Under the pieces are notes generated by a model, which was not told where the DNA came from, ran no database searches, and was given only the letters and a program-made list of their open reading frames with translations. From an uncultured Gaiellaceae bacterium (GTDB taxonomy: Bacteria; Actinomycetota; Thermoleophilia; Gaiellales; Gaiellaceae): a DNA stretch of 64,000 bases. The stretch is taken from the NCBI GenBank assembly GCA_963697925.1, contig OY969104.1:945633-1009632 (forward strand). The letters are read 5' to 3'. Both the position numbers and the translations under genes were made by a program. Positions 36,139 through 44,557 of the stretch are shown in pieces; position 1 is the first letter of the stretch; each line of letters begins with the position of its first letter.

Positions 36139-38322
36139 TCAAGCCCGGCGAAGCGAGCGCAGTGCGACGAACCCGCGCAGGCGGCGCCCCGGGCCGAGGC
36201 GGAGGCGGAGCGCCCGCAGCACGGCGACGAGCTCGCGTCGTGTCTCGGCTGCGGCGGTGGAGGCCTCGTGGGGCGGCCCGTAGCGCGCTCTGGCGAACGC
36301 TGCCGCGAAGCCGTCCGACCTGACGCCGAGGCGGGCGACCTCGCGCCGGAGCGCCTCCACGCCTGCGCTCGTCCCCACTTCGATGCCCTGGTCGCGAAGG
36401 AAGCCGGCGAGCTCCGCGCGCGCCGCGGACGCGTTGCGCCGTGGGTCGTCGCCCCGGTAGGCGCCGCGCCGGCGCACCGCCTTCCCTGCTCCGAGCCCCC
36501 CGAGCAGGATCGCCGCGAGCCCCAGGGGCGCGAGATACGGCCAGACCGGGCGGCTCGACCCGGATCGCATCGCCTCCGGCTGCGGCTCTCCACCGTCGAC
36601 CGGCACCTGCCCCGAGAAGTCGAGAAAGCGTCCGGTGCCGAGTGCGCGGACGGCATCGGCCGAGTCGGAGGCGTTCGTGTAGACGGCGGACAGCCTGCCG
36701 CGCCCCGGGGTCGGGTCGAAGGTGAGCCACCCGTGGCCCGCCAGCCAGACCTCGACCCAGGCGTGGGCCTCGTGGTCGGTCACGGTCCATACGCCGTCCT
36801 TCCACGTGCCGCTCGTGAAGCCGACTGCGACGCGGGAGGGGATGCCCAGGAACCGCAGCATGAGCGCCATCGACCCGGCGAAGTGCTGACAGTACCCCTG
36901 CTTCGTCTGCTCGAGGAAGTCGACGAGCGGGGGTGTGGCCAGCGACCGCGGTGGACGCTCCTCGTAGCGGAAGCCGCCGCGGGAGCGCAGCCACCGCTCG
37001 ACGGCCAGCGTCGCCTCGTACGGAGTCGGCGCCTCGCCGGCGACGGTCTGCGCCCGCTCCCAGACGCTCCGGTACGGCCACAGTGCCGCGTAACGGACGT
37101 CTGTGAACAGGACGTCGACGGCGCGCTCCCGGCCGGCGATGCCGAACGCGGGCACGGTCGCGCGGTCGACGGCGAGGTAGCGCAGCGCCTCGTCGGGGTA
37201 GCGGGCCGGCGAGCGGAGGAGCTCGTCCCGCGTCGGCGCGGGCGCTGCGCTCCACACCGTGTAGGTCTGCCCCTTCGCGACACGCCGGGCCGTGCGCACG
37301 ACACCGCCGTACTGGTAGACCAGGCGCTCCAGGTCGTCGCTGCGCAGACGCATGGGCTCGGCGGCGGCGACGAGGTGGTCGTCGACGAGCGCGGCCACCT
37401 CGACGCGCTGCTCGATCCAGCTCGCGCGCTTCCGTGCGGCCGCGGGCTGCAGGCCGTTGGCCGGCAGGAAGCGCGTGCCGCTGCCGATCGCGACCGGGTA
37501 CAGATCCTCGATCCAGCGGTCGCCGACGAACGTATCGAGCGTGGACGCGCGCCAGTAGAGCGCGCGTCGCGGCGCCTCGATCCTCAGCACCGTCGTACGC
37601 CTCGCAGGGAACTCGATTCCCGTGTAGCTCGCGTCCCAGACCAACCTGACGCCCGCGGCGCTCGCAGGCTCGCCGAACAGCGTCCAGCGCTGCCAGGCGA
37701 CGGCCGACTCGGAGGGCCGCAGGCCGGCGTCGGCCGCCGCCGACGCAACGACCACCACTGCGGCCAGCGCCACGAGGGCGGGCGCGAGGCCGCGGGCGCC
37801 GCGGGCGCGGGAGGCAAGGGGCGGCCAGAGCGCTGCGCCGAGCGCGACGGCGCCGATCGCGATCGTGTCGTGACCCGGCACGATCGTGGCCGGCCATGAC
37901 ACGCCGGCCGCCACGGCAGCCGAGCACGCGAGTGGACGCTCCGCGGCGGCTGCGAGCGCGATCGCGAGGACGAAGCCGAGCACGGCGAGCAGCACCAGAC
38001 CGTGCATCGCAGGGTGGGCGCCCGCTGCGAACGGGAGAGCCACCACGTAGAAGTCGCGCAGCCCCTGCCCGGCCTCGCCGAACAGGTCGCCCGGCCAGTG
38101 GCCCTGCCCGCCGGGCCAGGCCGAGAACGCGAGGGACGAGGCGAGCACGAAGCTCACAACCGCCCCCGCCATGCGTCGTCGGCTGCCGCGCAGGGCAATC
38201 GGTGCCAGAGCGAGCGCCAGCACAGCGCCTGTCCGCCAGACCTCTGGCGCCGCCTCGAGGCGCGTCCATGCGTACGCGACGGCGACGGCCGGCGGCAGCG
38301 CGACGAGGATCGCCCTACCCAC
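36139..38322 (-). CDS. transglutaminase-domain membrane protein (TgpA-like)
   Basis: It has a polytopic N-terminal region and the core GYCQHFAGSMALMLRFLGIPSRVAVGF...DHEAHAWVEVWL.GHGWLTFDPTP (Cys-His-Asp). A GTG start 8 nt inside the DUF58 3' end is proposed. Confidence 0.85.
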   Translation of the reverse strand: MGRAILVALPPAVAVAYAWTRLEAAPEVWRTGAVLALALAPIALRGSRRRMAGAVVSFVLASSLAFSAWPGGQGHWPGDLFGEAGQGLRDFYVVALPFAAGAHPAMHGLVLLAVLGFVLAIALAAAAERPLACSAAVAAGVSWPATIVPGHDTIAIGAVALGAALWPPLASRARGARGLAPALVALAAVVVVASAAADAGLRPSESAVAWQRWTLFGEPASAAGVRLVWDASYTGIEFPARRTTVLRIEAPRRALYWRASTLDTFVGDRWIEDLYPVAIGSGTRFLPANGLQPAAARKRASWIEQRVEVAALVDDHLVAAAEPMRLRSDDLERLVYQYGGVVRTARRVAKGQTYTVWSAAPAPTRDELLRSPARYPDEALRYLAVDRATVPAFGIAGRERAVDVLFTDVRYAALWPYRSVWERAQTVAGEAPTPYEATLAVERWLRSRGGFRYEERPPRSLATPPLVDFLEQTKQGYCQHFAGSMALMLRFLGIPSRVAVGFTSGTWKDGVWTVTDHEAHAWVEVWLAGHGWLTFDPTPGRGRLSAVYTNASDSADAVRALGTGRFLDFSGQVPVDGGEPQPEAMRSGSSRPVWPYLAPLGLAAILLGGLGAGKAVRRRGAYRGDDPRRNASAARAELAGFLRDQGIEVGTSAGVEALRREVARLGVRSDGFAAAFARARYGPPHEASTAAAETRRELVAVLRALRLRLGPGRRLRGFVALRSLRRA

Positions 38323-39514
38323 TGGCGCTGCTCCTGGCTGCCGCCCCGGCCAGAGCAGCCGCGAGATCCTCGCCGGCCCGGATGACGGCCACGGCGACAC
38401 CCGCCGCCGCGGCGCGCAGCACCGGCGGTGCCGCCGGCGAGGGCGCGGCACCGGCGAAGGTGGGCGCATCCACCACCACGAGCGAGGCGAGGCGGCCGTC
38501 TCGCCTGCGGCCGCAGAGCGCTTCGACGACCGGGGCCGGCCGTCCGGTCACGACCACGAGGCCGGCCGCTCGCAGGGCGGGCAGCCGCGGGTCCGAGAGG
38601 ACGCTCGTCAGCCCACCCCCCGCGCCGGTCTCGGCCGCCGCGAGAGCGTCGAGGGCCGATGCCCAGTCGCGGGCGAGCGACCGCACCCGCACGATCTCGA
38701 TGCCCGCTCCCGCCAGCACGAGCGCCGTGGTGTGGCCTCGAGTCGCCTGGGCGCGCACGATCGAGCCTGCCGCCCGCACCGCCGCGTCGAAGCTGGACGA
38801 GCCGCGCTCGCCGGCGACGGCAGACGGATCGCAGTCCAGCACGACGACGACGTCGTCTCTCGGCGCGTCGTCCATGTCCTTCACCATCAGGCGCGAGCGG
38901 CGGGCCGTGCTGGGCCAGTGCACCGCGCGCAACGGCTCGCCGTCCCGGTAGTCGCGGACCGCATGCAGCTCGAAGCCCGACGAGCTGCGAATCCGCGCGC
39001 GCCGCCCGCCCTGCTCGCGCACGCCGCCGTCGTCGAACAGCGTCGTCAGGTCGACGGTGCGGGGGCGCACGACGAGCCGCATCGACGGCCCCGCCGGGAT
39101 GCTGACACACTCGAGCCCGAGCGGCTCCTCCAGCACGACCTCGGCCGGGGCGAGGTCGTAGCACCCGCGGGGCACGGCCTCGAGCACCGTTGCCGTGGTT
39201 CCGCGCCGAGCCGGCAGCTCGCGCCACCCGAGCGCTCCCAGGGGCTGGCGCGCGGTGACGGCGCCGAGCGGGAGGAGGCGGCCGCCGCGAATCTCGAGCA
39301 CGAGCGAGACGTCGTCTCCCTCGACGTGGGTCGTTCCTACGGTGTGGCGGGCCGCAGCGATGTGCTTCGGTGCGAGCCGCGCCCAAAGCCGTGCGACTGA
39401 GCCCGCGGAGAGGAGGCCGATCGCCACGACGGCAACCGGCACCGAGCCGAACGACCAGGCAGCCACGAGGGCCACGAGCCCGAGGGCGAGCACACGGCCG
39501 CTGCGGCGCGTCAC
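38315..39514 (-). CDS. DUF58 (vWA-like) protein
   Basis: HAVRDYRDGEPLRAVHWPSTARRSRLMVKDMDD...VVVVLD is the DUF58 signature. It has an N-terminal TM pair. Confidence 0.85.
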   Translation of the reverse strand: MTRRSGRVLALGLVALVAAWSFGSVPVAVVAIGLLSAGSVARLWARLAPKHIAAARHTVGTTHVEGDDVSLVLEIRGGRLLPLGAVTARQPLGALGWRELPARRGTTATVLEAVPRGCYDLAPAEVVLEEPLGLECVSIPAGPSMRLVVRPRTVDLTTLFDDGGVREQGGRRARIRSSSGFELHAVRDYRDGEPLRAVHWPSTARRSRLMVKDMDDAPRDDVVVVLDCDPSAVAGERGSSSFDAAVRAAGSIVRAQATRGHTTALVLAGAGIEIVRVRSLARDWASALDALAAAETGAGGGLTSVLSDPRLPALRAAGLVVVTGRPAPVVEALCGRRRDGRLASLVVVDAPTFAGAAPSPAAPPVLRAAAAGVAVAVIRAGEDLAAALAGAAARSSASG

Positions 39515-40479
39515 GCCGGGACCGGCGTTCCCTCGATCGCCTCCCGTACGGCGTCCTCTGCGGCGAGGCCTGCGGAGCGTCCCTCCGGCGCGAGTATGAG
39601 CCGGTGCGAAAGCACCGCAGGGGCGACCGCCTGCACGTCCTCGGGCGTGACGAACCCACGGCGCTCGACGAGGGCCCGCGCCTTGGCCAGGCGCAGCAGC
39701 GCGATCCCCGAGCGCGGGCTCGCACCGAGAGCGAGCCTGCCGCTGTCCCTCGTATGGCGGAGCACCTCGACGACGTACCGCGCCACGCTCGGCTCGACGT
39801 ACACCCGCCGCGCCGCGTCCACGGCTGCCAGCAGCTCGGGACCGTCCGCAACGGGGTCGAGGCTGTCGAGCGGCGGCTCGGTCGTCTGCTCGGTGAGCAT
39901 CCGCGCCTCCTCGCCCGGCGGCGGGTAGCCGAGCGCCATTCGTACGGCGAAGCGGTCGAGCTGAGCCTCCGGGAGCGGATAGGTGCCCTCGTACTCGAGC
40001 GGGTTCTGGGTGGCGATCACGAGGAACGGGCGCACGAGCCGATACGTCTCACCGTCGACCGTGACCTGCGTCTCCTGCATCGCCTCGAGGAGCGCCGACT
40101 GCGTCTTCGGCGAGGCGCGGTTCACCTCGTCCACGAGGACCACGTTGGCGAAGACCGGCCCCGGCCTGAACTGGAACCTGCCTTCGCGCTGGTCGTAGAC
40201 GTTCACGCCGGTGACGTCCGAGGGCAGCAGGTCCGGTGTGAACTGGAGGCGCGAGAAGTTCAGGTCGAGGGAGCGGGCGAGCGCCTTCGCCAGCACGGTC
40301 TTGCCGACCCCCGGGACGTCCTCGACGAGCACGTGCCCCTCGGCGAGCAGGCACAGGAGAGGCAGCCTCAGTGTCTCGGCCGGCGCGTGCACCGCCCGCG
40401 CCAGGTTGGCGACCACGCGGTCGGCGAGGTCGGCCGCGAACGCGGCCGGAAGTGCCTGCGCCGGAGCGACCCCGTCCAT
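39511..40479 (-). CDS. MoxR-family AAA+ ATPase
   Basis: HVLVEDVPGVGKT (Walker A), LLPSD.TG, ANVVLVDEVNRASPKTQSALLEAMQE..VT, ATQNP.E.EGTYPLPEAQLDRF. A 1-nt overlap (TGATG) with the coaBC stop. Confidence 0.92.
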   Translation of the reverse strand: MDGVAPAQALPAAFAADLADRVVANLARAVHAPAETLRLPLLCLLAEGHVLVEDVPGVGKTVLAKALARSLDLNFSRLQFTPDLLPSDVTGVNVYDQREGRFQFRPGPVFANVVLVDEVNRASPKTQSALLEAMQETQVTVDGETYRLVRPFLVIATQNPLEYEGTYPLPEAQLDRFAVRMALGYPPPGEEARMLTEQTTEPPLDSLDPVADGPELLAAVDAARRVYVEPSVARYVVEVLRHTRDSGRLALGASPRSGIALLRLAKARALVERRGFVTPEDVQAVAPAVLSHRLILAPEGRSAGLAAEDAVREAIEGTPVPA

Positions 40480-41660
40480 CACGTGCCGCTCGCCGTTGCG
40501 CCGCGGGCGCGCAGCAGGCGCTCGACCTCGTCGAGAACCTCGGCGGCGATCGCCTGCTTCGGCGCCTTGGGCACATGCCGGTCGCCCTCGCGCGTGACGA
40601 GCGTGACCTCGTTGTCGTCGCTGTCGAAGCCGATGTCGTCGCGGCCGATGTCGTTGTAGACGACGAGGTCGACCTGCTTGTCGTCCAGCATGCGCCGTTT
40701 CCGCTCGAGCCCCTCTGCGCCGTGCTCGGCACCGAACGCGACGAGGACCTGCCCGTTGCTGCGGGCTGCGCCGAGCCCACGAGCGACGTCGGCCGTGGGT
40801 ACGAGCTCGAGCCGCCACGCGGCGTCGGACTTGGGCCGCTTCCCCTCCACCGTCTCCGCCGGCCGGTAGTCGGCGACCGCCGCGGCCATCACGATGACGT
40901 CCGCCCCGGCGCGCGCGAGCGCCTCGCGCTCGAGGTCGCCGGCGGTGGGCGTCTGCACGACCGAGACGCCGGCGGGAGCCTCCACGCCGAGGTTGGCCGC
41001 GAGCAGGGTGACGTCTGCTCCGCGCCGCCTCGCCTCCACGGCCAGGGCAACCCCCATGCGGCCCGACGAGCGATTGCCCAGGTACCGGACGGAGTCGAGC
41101 GGCTCGCGCGTGCCACCCGCGCTGACGATCACCCGGAGCCCGCTGAGAGAGCCCTCGGCGGGGCGGAGCAACGCGAGCGCCTGCGCGACGATCGCCTCCG
41201 GCTCTGCCAGGCGTCCCGGGCCGACCTCTCCCTCGGCCAGCTCTCCCTCGGCGGGGCCGACCACGTGCACGCCACGGTCGCGCAGGAGAGCGATGTTCGC
41301 CTGTGTGGCGGGGTGCTCCCACATGCCCGCGTTCATGGCCGGCGCGACCAGGATGGGGCCGCGGTGCGCCAGTGCCGCCTCGGTGAGCACGTCGTCGGCG
41401 AAGCCGTGGGCGAGCCGCGCCAGGGTGTGTGCGGTCAGGGGCGCGATCAGCAGCAGGTCGGCGTGCTGGAGATGCGGATAGGGGTCGGCGGTCCGCTCGC
41501 GCCGGGCGAGCGCGAAGAACGTCTCGGCAGCGACGAACCGCTCTGCGCCCGCAGTCGGGACGGGAACGACGTCGTGGCCTTCCTTGACGAGCAGCCGCAG
41601 CACCTCGCAGGCCTTGTAGGCCGCGATGCCACCGGTGATGCCGAGCACGATCCGCGCCAT
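40479..41660 (-). CDS. coaBC: bifunctional phosphopantothenoylcysteine decarboxylase / phosphopantothenate--cysteine ligase
   Basis: MARIVLGITGGIAAYKACEVLRLL...APAMN..MW...VSAGGTREPLD.VR.L.N.SSGRMG. Confidence 0.93.
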   Translation of the reverse strand: MARIVLGITGGIAAYKACEVLRLLVKEGHDVVPVPTAGAERFVAAETFFALARRERTADPYPHLQHADLLLIAPLTAHTLARLAHGFADDVLTEAALAHRGPILVAPAMNAGMWEHPATQANIALLRDRGVHVVGPAEGELAEGEVGPGRLAEPEAIVAQALALLRPAEGSLSGLRVIVSAGGTREPLDSVRYLGNRSSGRMGVALAVEARRRGADVTLLAANLGVEAPAGVSVVQTPTAGDLEREALARAGADVIVMAAAVADYRPAETVEGKRPKSDAAWRLELVPTADVARGLGAARSNGQVLVAFGAEHGAEGLERKRRMLDDKQVDLVVYNDIGRDDIGFDSDDNEVTLVTREGDRHVPKAPKQAIAAEVLDEVERLLRARGATASGT

Positions 41661-41740
41661 CGTCCCATTCTGCCGTCTGCGGCCCGGCGCGCAGCTGTCG
41701 CTGGCCGGACGAGATCGGGTGGAGCGGCTACCGGGGTGCG

Positions 41741-41977
41741 CTACGGGGTCGCGTACTCGTACGCGATCTTGCCCAGCGCGACCTCTTCCATCGCCATCGT
41801 GAGGTAGTTCTTCGACCGCGATTCGATCAGGGGCGGCGGCGCCGCCTCGAAGCCCATGCCCTCACCGAGCTGATGGTGGTAGCTGTTGATCTGCCGTGCG
41901 CGCTTGGCCGCCACGATCACGAGCGCATAGCGCGAGTCGACATGGCCGAGCAGGTCGTCGATGCGAGGTTCGATCAT
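41741..41977 (-). CDS. rpoZ: DNA-directed RNA polymerase subunit omega
   Basis: IDDLLGHVDSRYALVIVAAKRARQIN. ATGA overlap with the gmk stop. Confidence 0.9.
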   Translation of the reverse strand: MIEPRIDDLLGHVDSRYALVIVAAKRARQINSYHHQLGEGMGFEAAPPPLIESRSKNYLTMAMEEVALGKIAYEYATP

Positions 41978-42564
41978 CGGGCGCCCATGGTACCTGTAGT
42001 TGCGTCGCTGAGCACCAGCTCCCGCTCGACGATGGCGGTCAGCACCTCGGTGGCGCGTCGCACGTCGTCGTTGCGCACCATGTACCGGAACCGGTGCGCC
42101 TGCTCCAGCTGCCTGCGAGCCAGGGCGATACGGTCGCCGATCTCCCCCGTCGACTCGGTGGCGCGCTCGCGAAGACGCCGCTCGAGCTCCTCGACCGGGG
42201 CCGCGATGAAGATGGTGACGCTTCGCGGCACTTCCTCCTGCACACGCAGCGCACCGTCGAGCTCGAGCTCGAGCACGCAGATGCGGCCCTCGCCTGCGAT
42301 GCGCGTGATCTCCGAGCGCAGGGTGCCGTAGCGCTTGCCCGAGACGTAGCGCACGTGCTCGAGGAACTCGCCCGCACCCACCCGTGCGACGAAGTCGCTC
42401 TCGGTCAGGAACCAGTACTCGACGCCGTTCGACTCCCCCGGCCTCTGCGCGCGCGTGGTCGCCGAGACCGCGACCTCGAGCTCCGGCAGCCGCTCGACGA
42501 GCGCCTTGATGAGAGTGCCCTTCCCTGCCCCCGAGGGGCCTGTGATCACGAACACCGGGCTCAC
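41974..42564 (-). CDS. gmk: guanylate kinase
   Basis: A GTG start 6 nt after AGGAGGA gives VSPVFVITGPSGAGKGTL...SATTR..RPGE..G.EY.F. Confidence 0.92.
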   Translation of the reverse strand: MSPVFVITGPSGAGKGTLIKALVERLPELEVAVSATTRAQRPGESNGVEYWFLTESDFVARVGAGEFLEHVRYVSGKRYGTLRSEITRIAGEGRICVLELELDGALRVQEEVPRSVTIFIAAPVEELERRLRERATESTGEIGDRIALARRQLEQAHRFRYMVRNDDVRRATEVLTAIVERELVLSDATTGTMGAR

Positions 42565-42622
42565 GGAGCTTCCTCCTGCGCTCACGCCCGCGACTCCGTG
42601 CTCTCGGGCGCGCCGGCGATGG

Positions 42623-42952
42623 CTACCGGTTGAAGAGGGAGACGAGCTCGGCGCGCTGCCGCTCCGAAAGGCCGCCGACCGTCTTCGACTGGCTGATGCG
42701 GCACTGGTTGAGCATCCGCGCAGCCTTGACACGTCCGAACTTCGGCACCGCCATCAGCATGTCGAAGACCTTGGCGGTGGACACGTACTCGGGCGGATCG
42801 AGGAGGATCTCCTCGATCTGCACGTGCCCCTCCTTCAGGTCCTTCTTCAGCTGCGCCCGCCGCACCCGGATGTCGTTCGCCCGCTTGAGCGCTTCCATCC
42901 GCTGGTCGAGCGAGCGGGCCGGCGCCTGCAGCTGCGTCTTGGACGTCACCAT
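42623..42952 (-). CDS. mihF: actinobacterial integration host factor (mIHF)
   Basis: RSLDQRMEALKRANDIRVRRAQLKKDLKEG...VFDMLMAVPKFGRVKAARMLNQCRISQSKTVGGLSERQRAEL, in the conserved position upstream of gmk-rpoZ-coaBC. Confidence 0.9.
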   Translation of the reverse strand: MVTSKTQLQAPARSLDQRMEALKRANDIRVRRAQLKKDLKEGHVQIEEILLDPPEYVSTAKVFDMLMAVPKFGRVKAARMLNQCRISQSKTVGGLSERQRAELVSLFNR

Positions 42953-42998
42953 GAGGGGTCGAGTCTAGCAATCCCACGGTGACAATCAAGGAGAACCG

Positions 42999-43874
42999 TT
43001 ATCGCCTATTTGCAGGGATTTCCTCGTGCTGCCCAATGGCGATCGCACGCGCTGCGAGCGGGTTGAGGAGCCCGCGGGCCGCCAGCTCGCCCGCGAGCTC
43101 GGCCCGGATGCGGTCCGGAGCGCCCGGATCGGCGAACAGGATGGTGCCAAGCGCGACAACGGAGGCGCCGGCAGCCACGAGCTCGAGCGTGTCCATCCCG
43201 GACGCGACCCCGCCCATCCCGACGATCGGCACGTCCACCGCGGAGGCGCATGCATACACGCACGCGAGAGCAACCGGTTTCAGCGCCGGGCCGGAGTAGC
43301 CACCGGCACCGCGGGCGAGGCGGGGACGGAGCGTCGCCGGGTCGAGGGCCAGCCCCTTGAGCGTGTTGACGAGGGAAAGGCCGTCCGCTCCTGCCGCGAC
43401 GACGGCGCGCGCAGACTCTGCGATGTCCCAGGTCGCCGGAGAGAGCTTGGCGTAGAGCGGCCGCGATGTCGCCTCGCGGCAGGCGGACACGATCTGCGCC
43501 GAGGACTCCGGCGCCTCCTCGACATTGGGGCACGAGAGGTTGAGCTCGATCGTCGAGACCCCGTCCCGGCCGTCGAGCCGCTCGCAGATCGAGGCATAGT
43601 CCCGTGCCGAGAATCCTCCGACCGAGACCCAGATCGCGAGATCGAGCGCCGCCAGGCGCGGCAGCACGTCGTCGACGAAGGCGTCGATGCCGGGGCCCTG
43701 CAGCCCGATCGAGTTGAGCATCCCGTGATCCGTCTCCGCGATCCGGACCGGCGGATTGCCCTCGCGCGGAAGCGGCGTGATCGTCTTCGTCACGAACCCG
43801 TCGAGCCGGGCCGCAACCCCGGGTGCCGCCAGAGCGTCGAGGCAGCCCGACGCGTTGAGGAGCGGCACGGTCAT
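42999..43874 (-). CDS. pyrD: dihydroorotate dehydrogenase, class 1B catalytic subunit
   Basis: LLNASGC...KTIT...GN..PR..E...GMLNSIGLQG.G...IELNLSCPN...GGYSGPALKP.AL......VDVPI.G.GGV. ATGA overlap with the pyrK stop. Confidence 0.92.
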   Translation of the reverse strand: MTVPLLNASGCLDALAAPGVAARLDGFVTKTITPLPREGNPPVRIAETDHGMLNSIGLQGPGIDAFVDDVLPRLAALDLAIWVSVGGFSARDYASICERLDGRDGVSTIELNLSCPNVEEAPESSAQIVSACREATSRPLYAKLSPATWDIAESARAVVAAGADGLSLVNTLKGLALDPATLRPRLARGAGGYSGPALKPVALACVYACASAVDVPIVGMGGVASGMDTLELVAAGASVVALGTILFADPGAPDRIRAELAGELAARGLLNPLAARAIAIGQHEEIPANRR

Positions 43875-44557
43875 GCGGGCGACCCCACGAATCCCGGCGC
43901 GCCGGAAAGGACGGGCCCGCGCAGGCAGAGCCGTTCGTAGTGGCCGTCGAGCTGCACGACACAGCCGTAGCAGGCGCCGTAGCCGCACGCCATGGGGGCC
44001 TCCCAGGCGAGCTGCGCCAACGGGGCGAGCGCACGGAGCGCGACGAGCATCGGCTCCGGGCCGCAGGCGAGCACGTCGCCCGGGTCGGGAGGAAGCAGCT
44101 CGGTCACGAAGGTGGGCTCCAGCACGACCTCGGCACCCGGAAGCAGCGCGGCCGCCTCTGCGTGGTGTGCGGAGCGGAAGCCCAGCAGCGCGGGCGGGCT
44201 GCCCAGCTTCTCCGACAGGTACGGCAGGGGTGCGATGCCGATGCCGCCGCCCACGAGCAGGGGACGCTCGACGCGGAGGTCGAAGCCGTTGCCGAGCGGC
44301 CCGAGCACGTGCACCTCCCCGCCGGGCTCGAGGCCGCAGAGGGCGCGCGTGCCCGGCCCGATCGGATCGATCAGGAACGCCAGCTCCCCGGGCGGTGCGA
44401 GGCACAGCGACATGGGGCGGGGCAGCACGCGGCCGGGAGCCTCCAGCATGAAGAACTGGCCCGGGGCACCGGGGTCGAGAGCTCCCCGCTCGAGCCGCAG
44501 CAGGCGGTACGGGCCGACGGTCTCGACGCCGGCGACCCGGACGCGATCCCGTTTCAG
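43871..44557 (-). CDS. pyrK: dihydroorotate dehydrogenase electron-transfer subunit (start codon unresolved)
   Basis: PGQFFML...RPMS...GPLGNGF...[12 protein letters not shown], and the C-terminal 2Fe-2S motif [13 protein letters not shown]. The only in-frame start candidates are CTG 44557 (CTGA overlap with the carB stop) or GTG 44659 (106-nt overlap). Confidence 0.85.
   Translation of the reverse strand: MKRDRVRVAGVETVGPYRLLRLERGALDPGAPGQFFMLEAPGRVLPRPMSLCLAPPGELAFLIDPIGPGTRALCGLEPGGEVHVLGPLGNGFDLRVERPLLVGGGIGIAPLPYLSEKLGSPPALLGFRSAHHAEAAALLPGAEVVLEPTFVTELLPPDPGDVLACGPEPMLVALRALAPLAQLAWEAPMACGYGACYGCVVQLDGHYERLCLRGPVLSGAPGFVGSPA

Noticed and set aside
34978-37899. A 973-aa plus-strand ORF, together with similar giants: 36122-38269 minus, 44578-47766 plus, 39370-40659 plus, 55132-57342 minus, 38154-39851 minus and 61617-62810 minus.
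   Set aside because: Their translations are Arg/Pro/Gly/Ala-rich with no motifs. They lie antisense to, or out of frame with, genes that have clear family signatures. They are typical stop-codon-poor shadow ORFs of 70% GC DNA.
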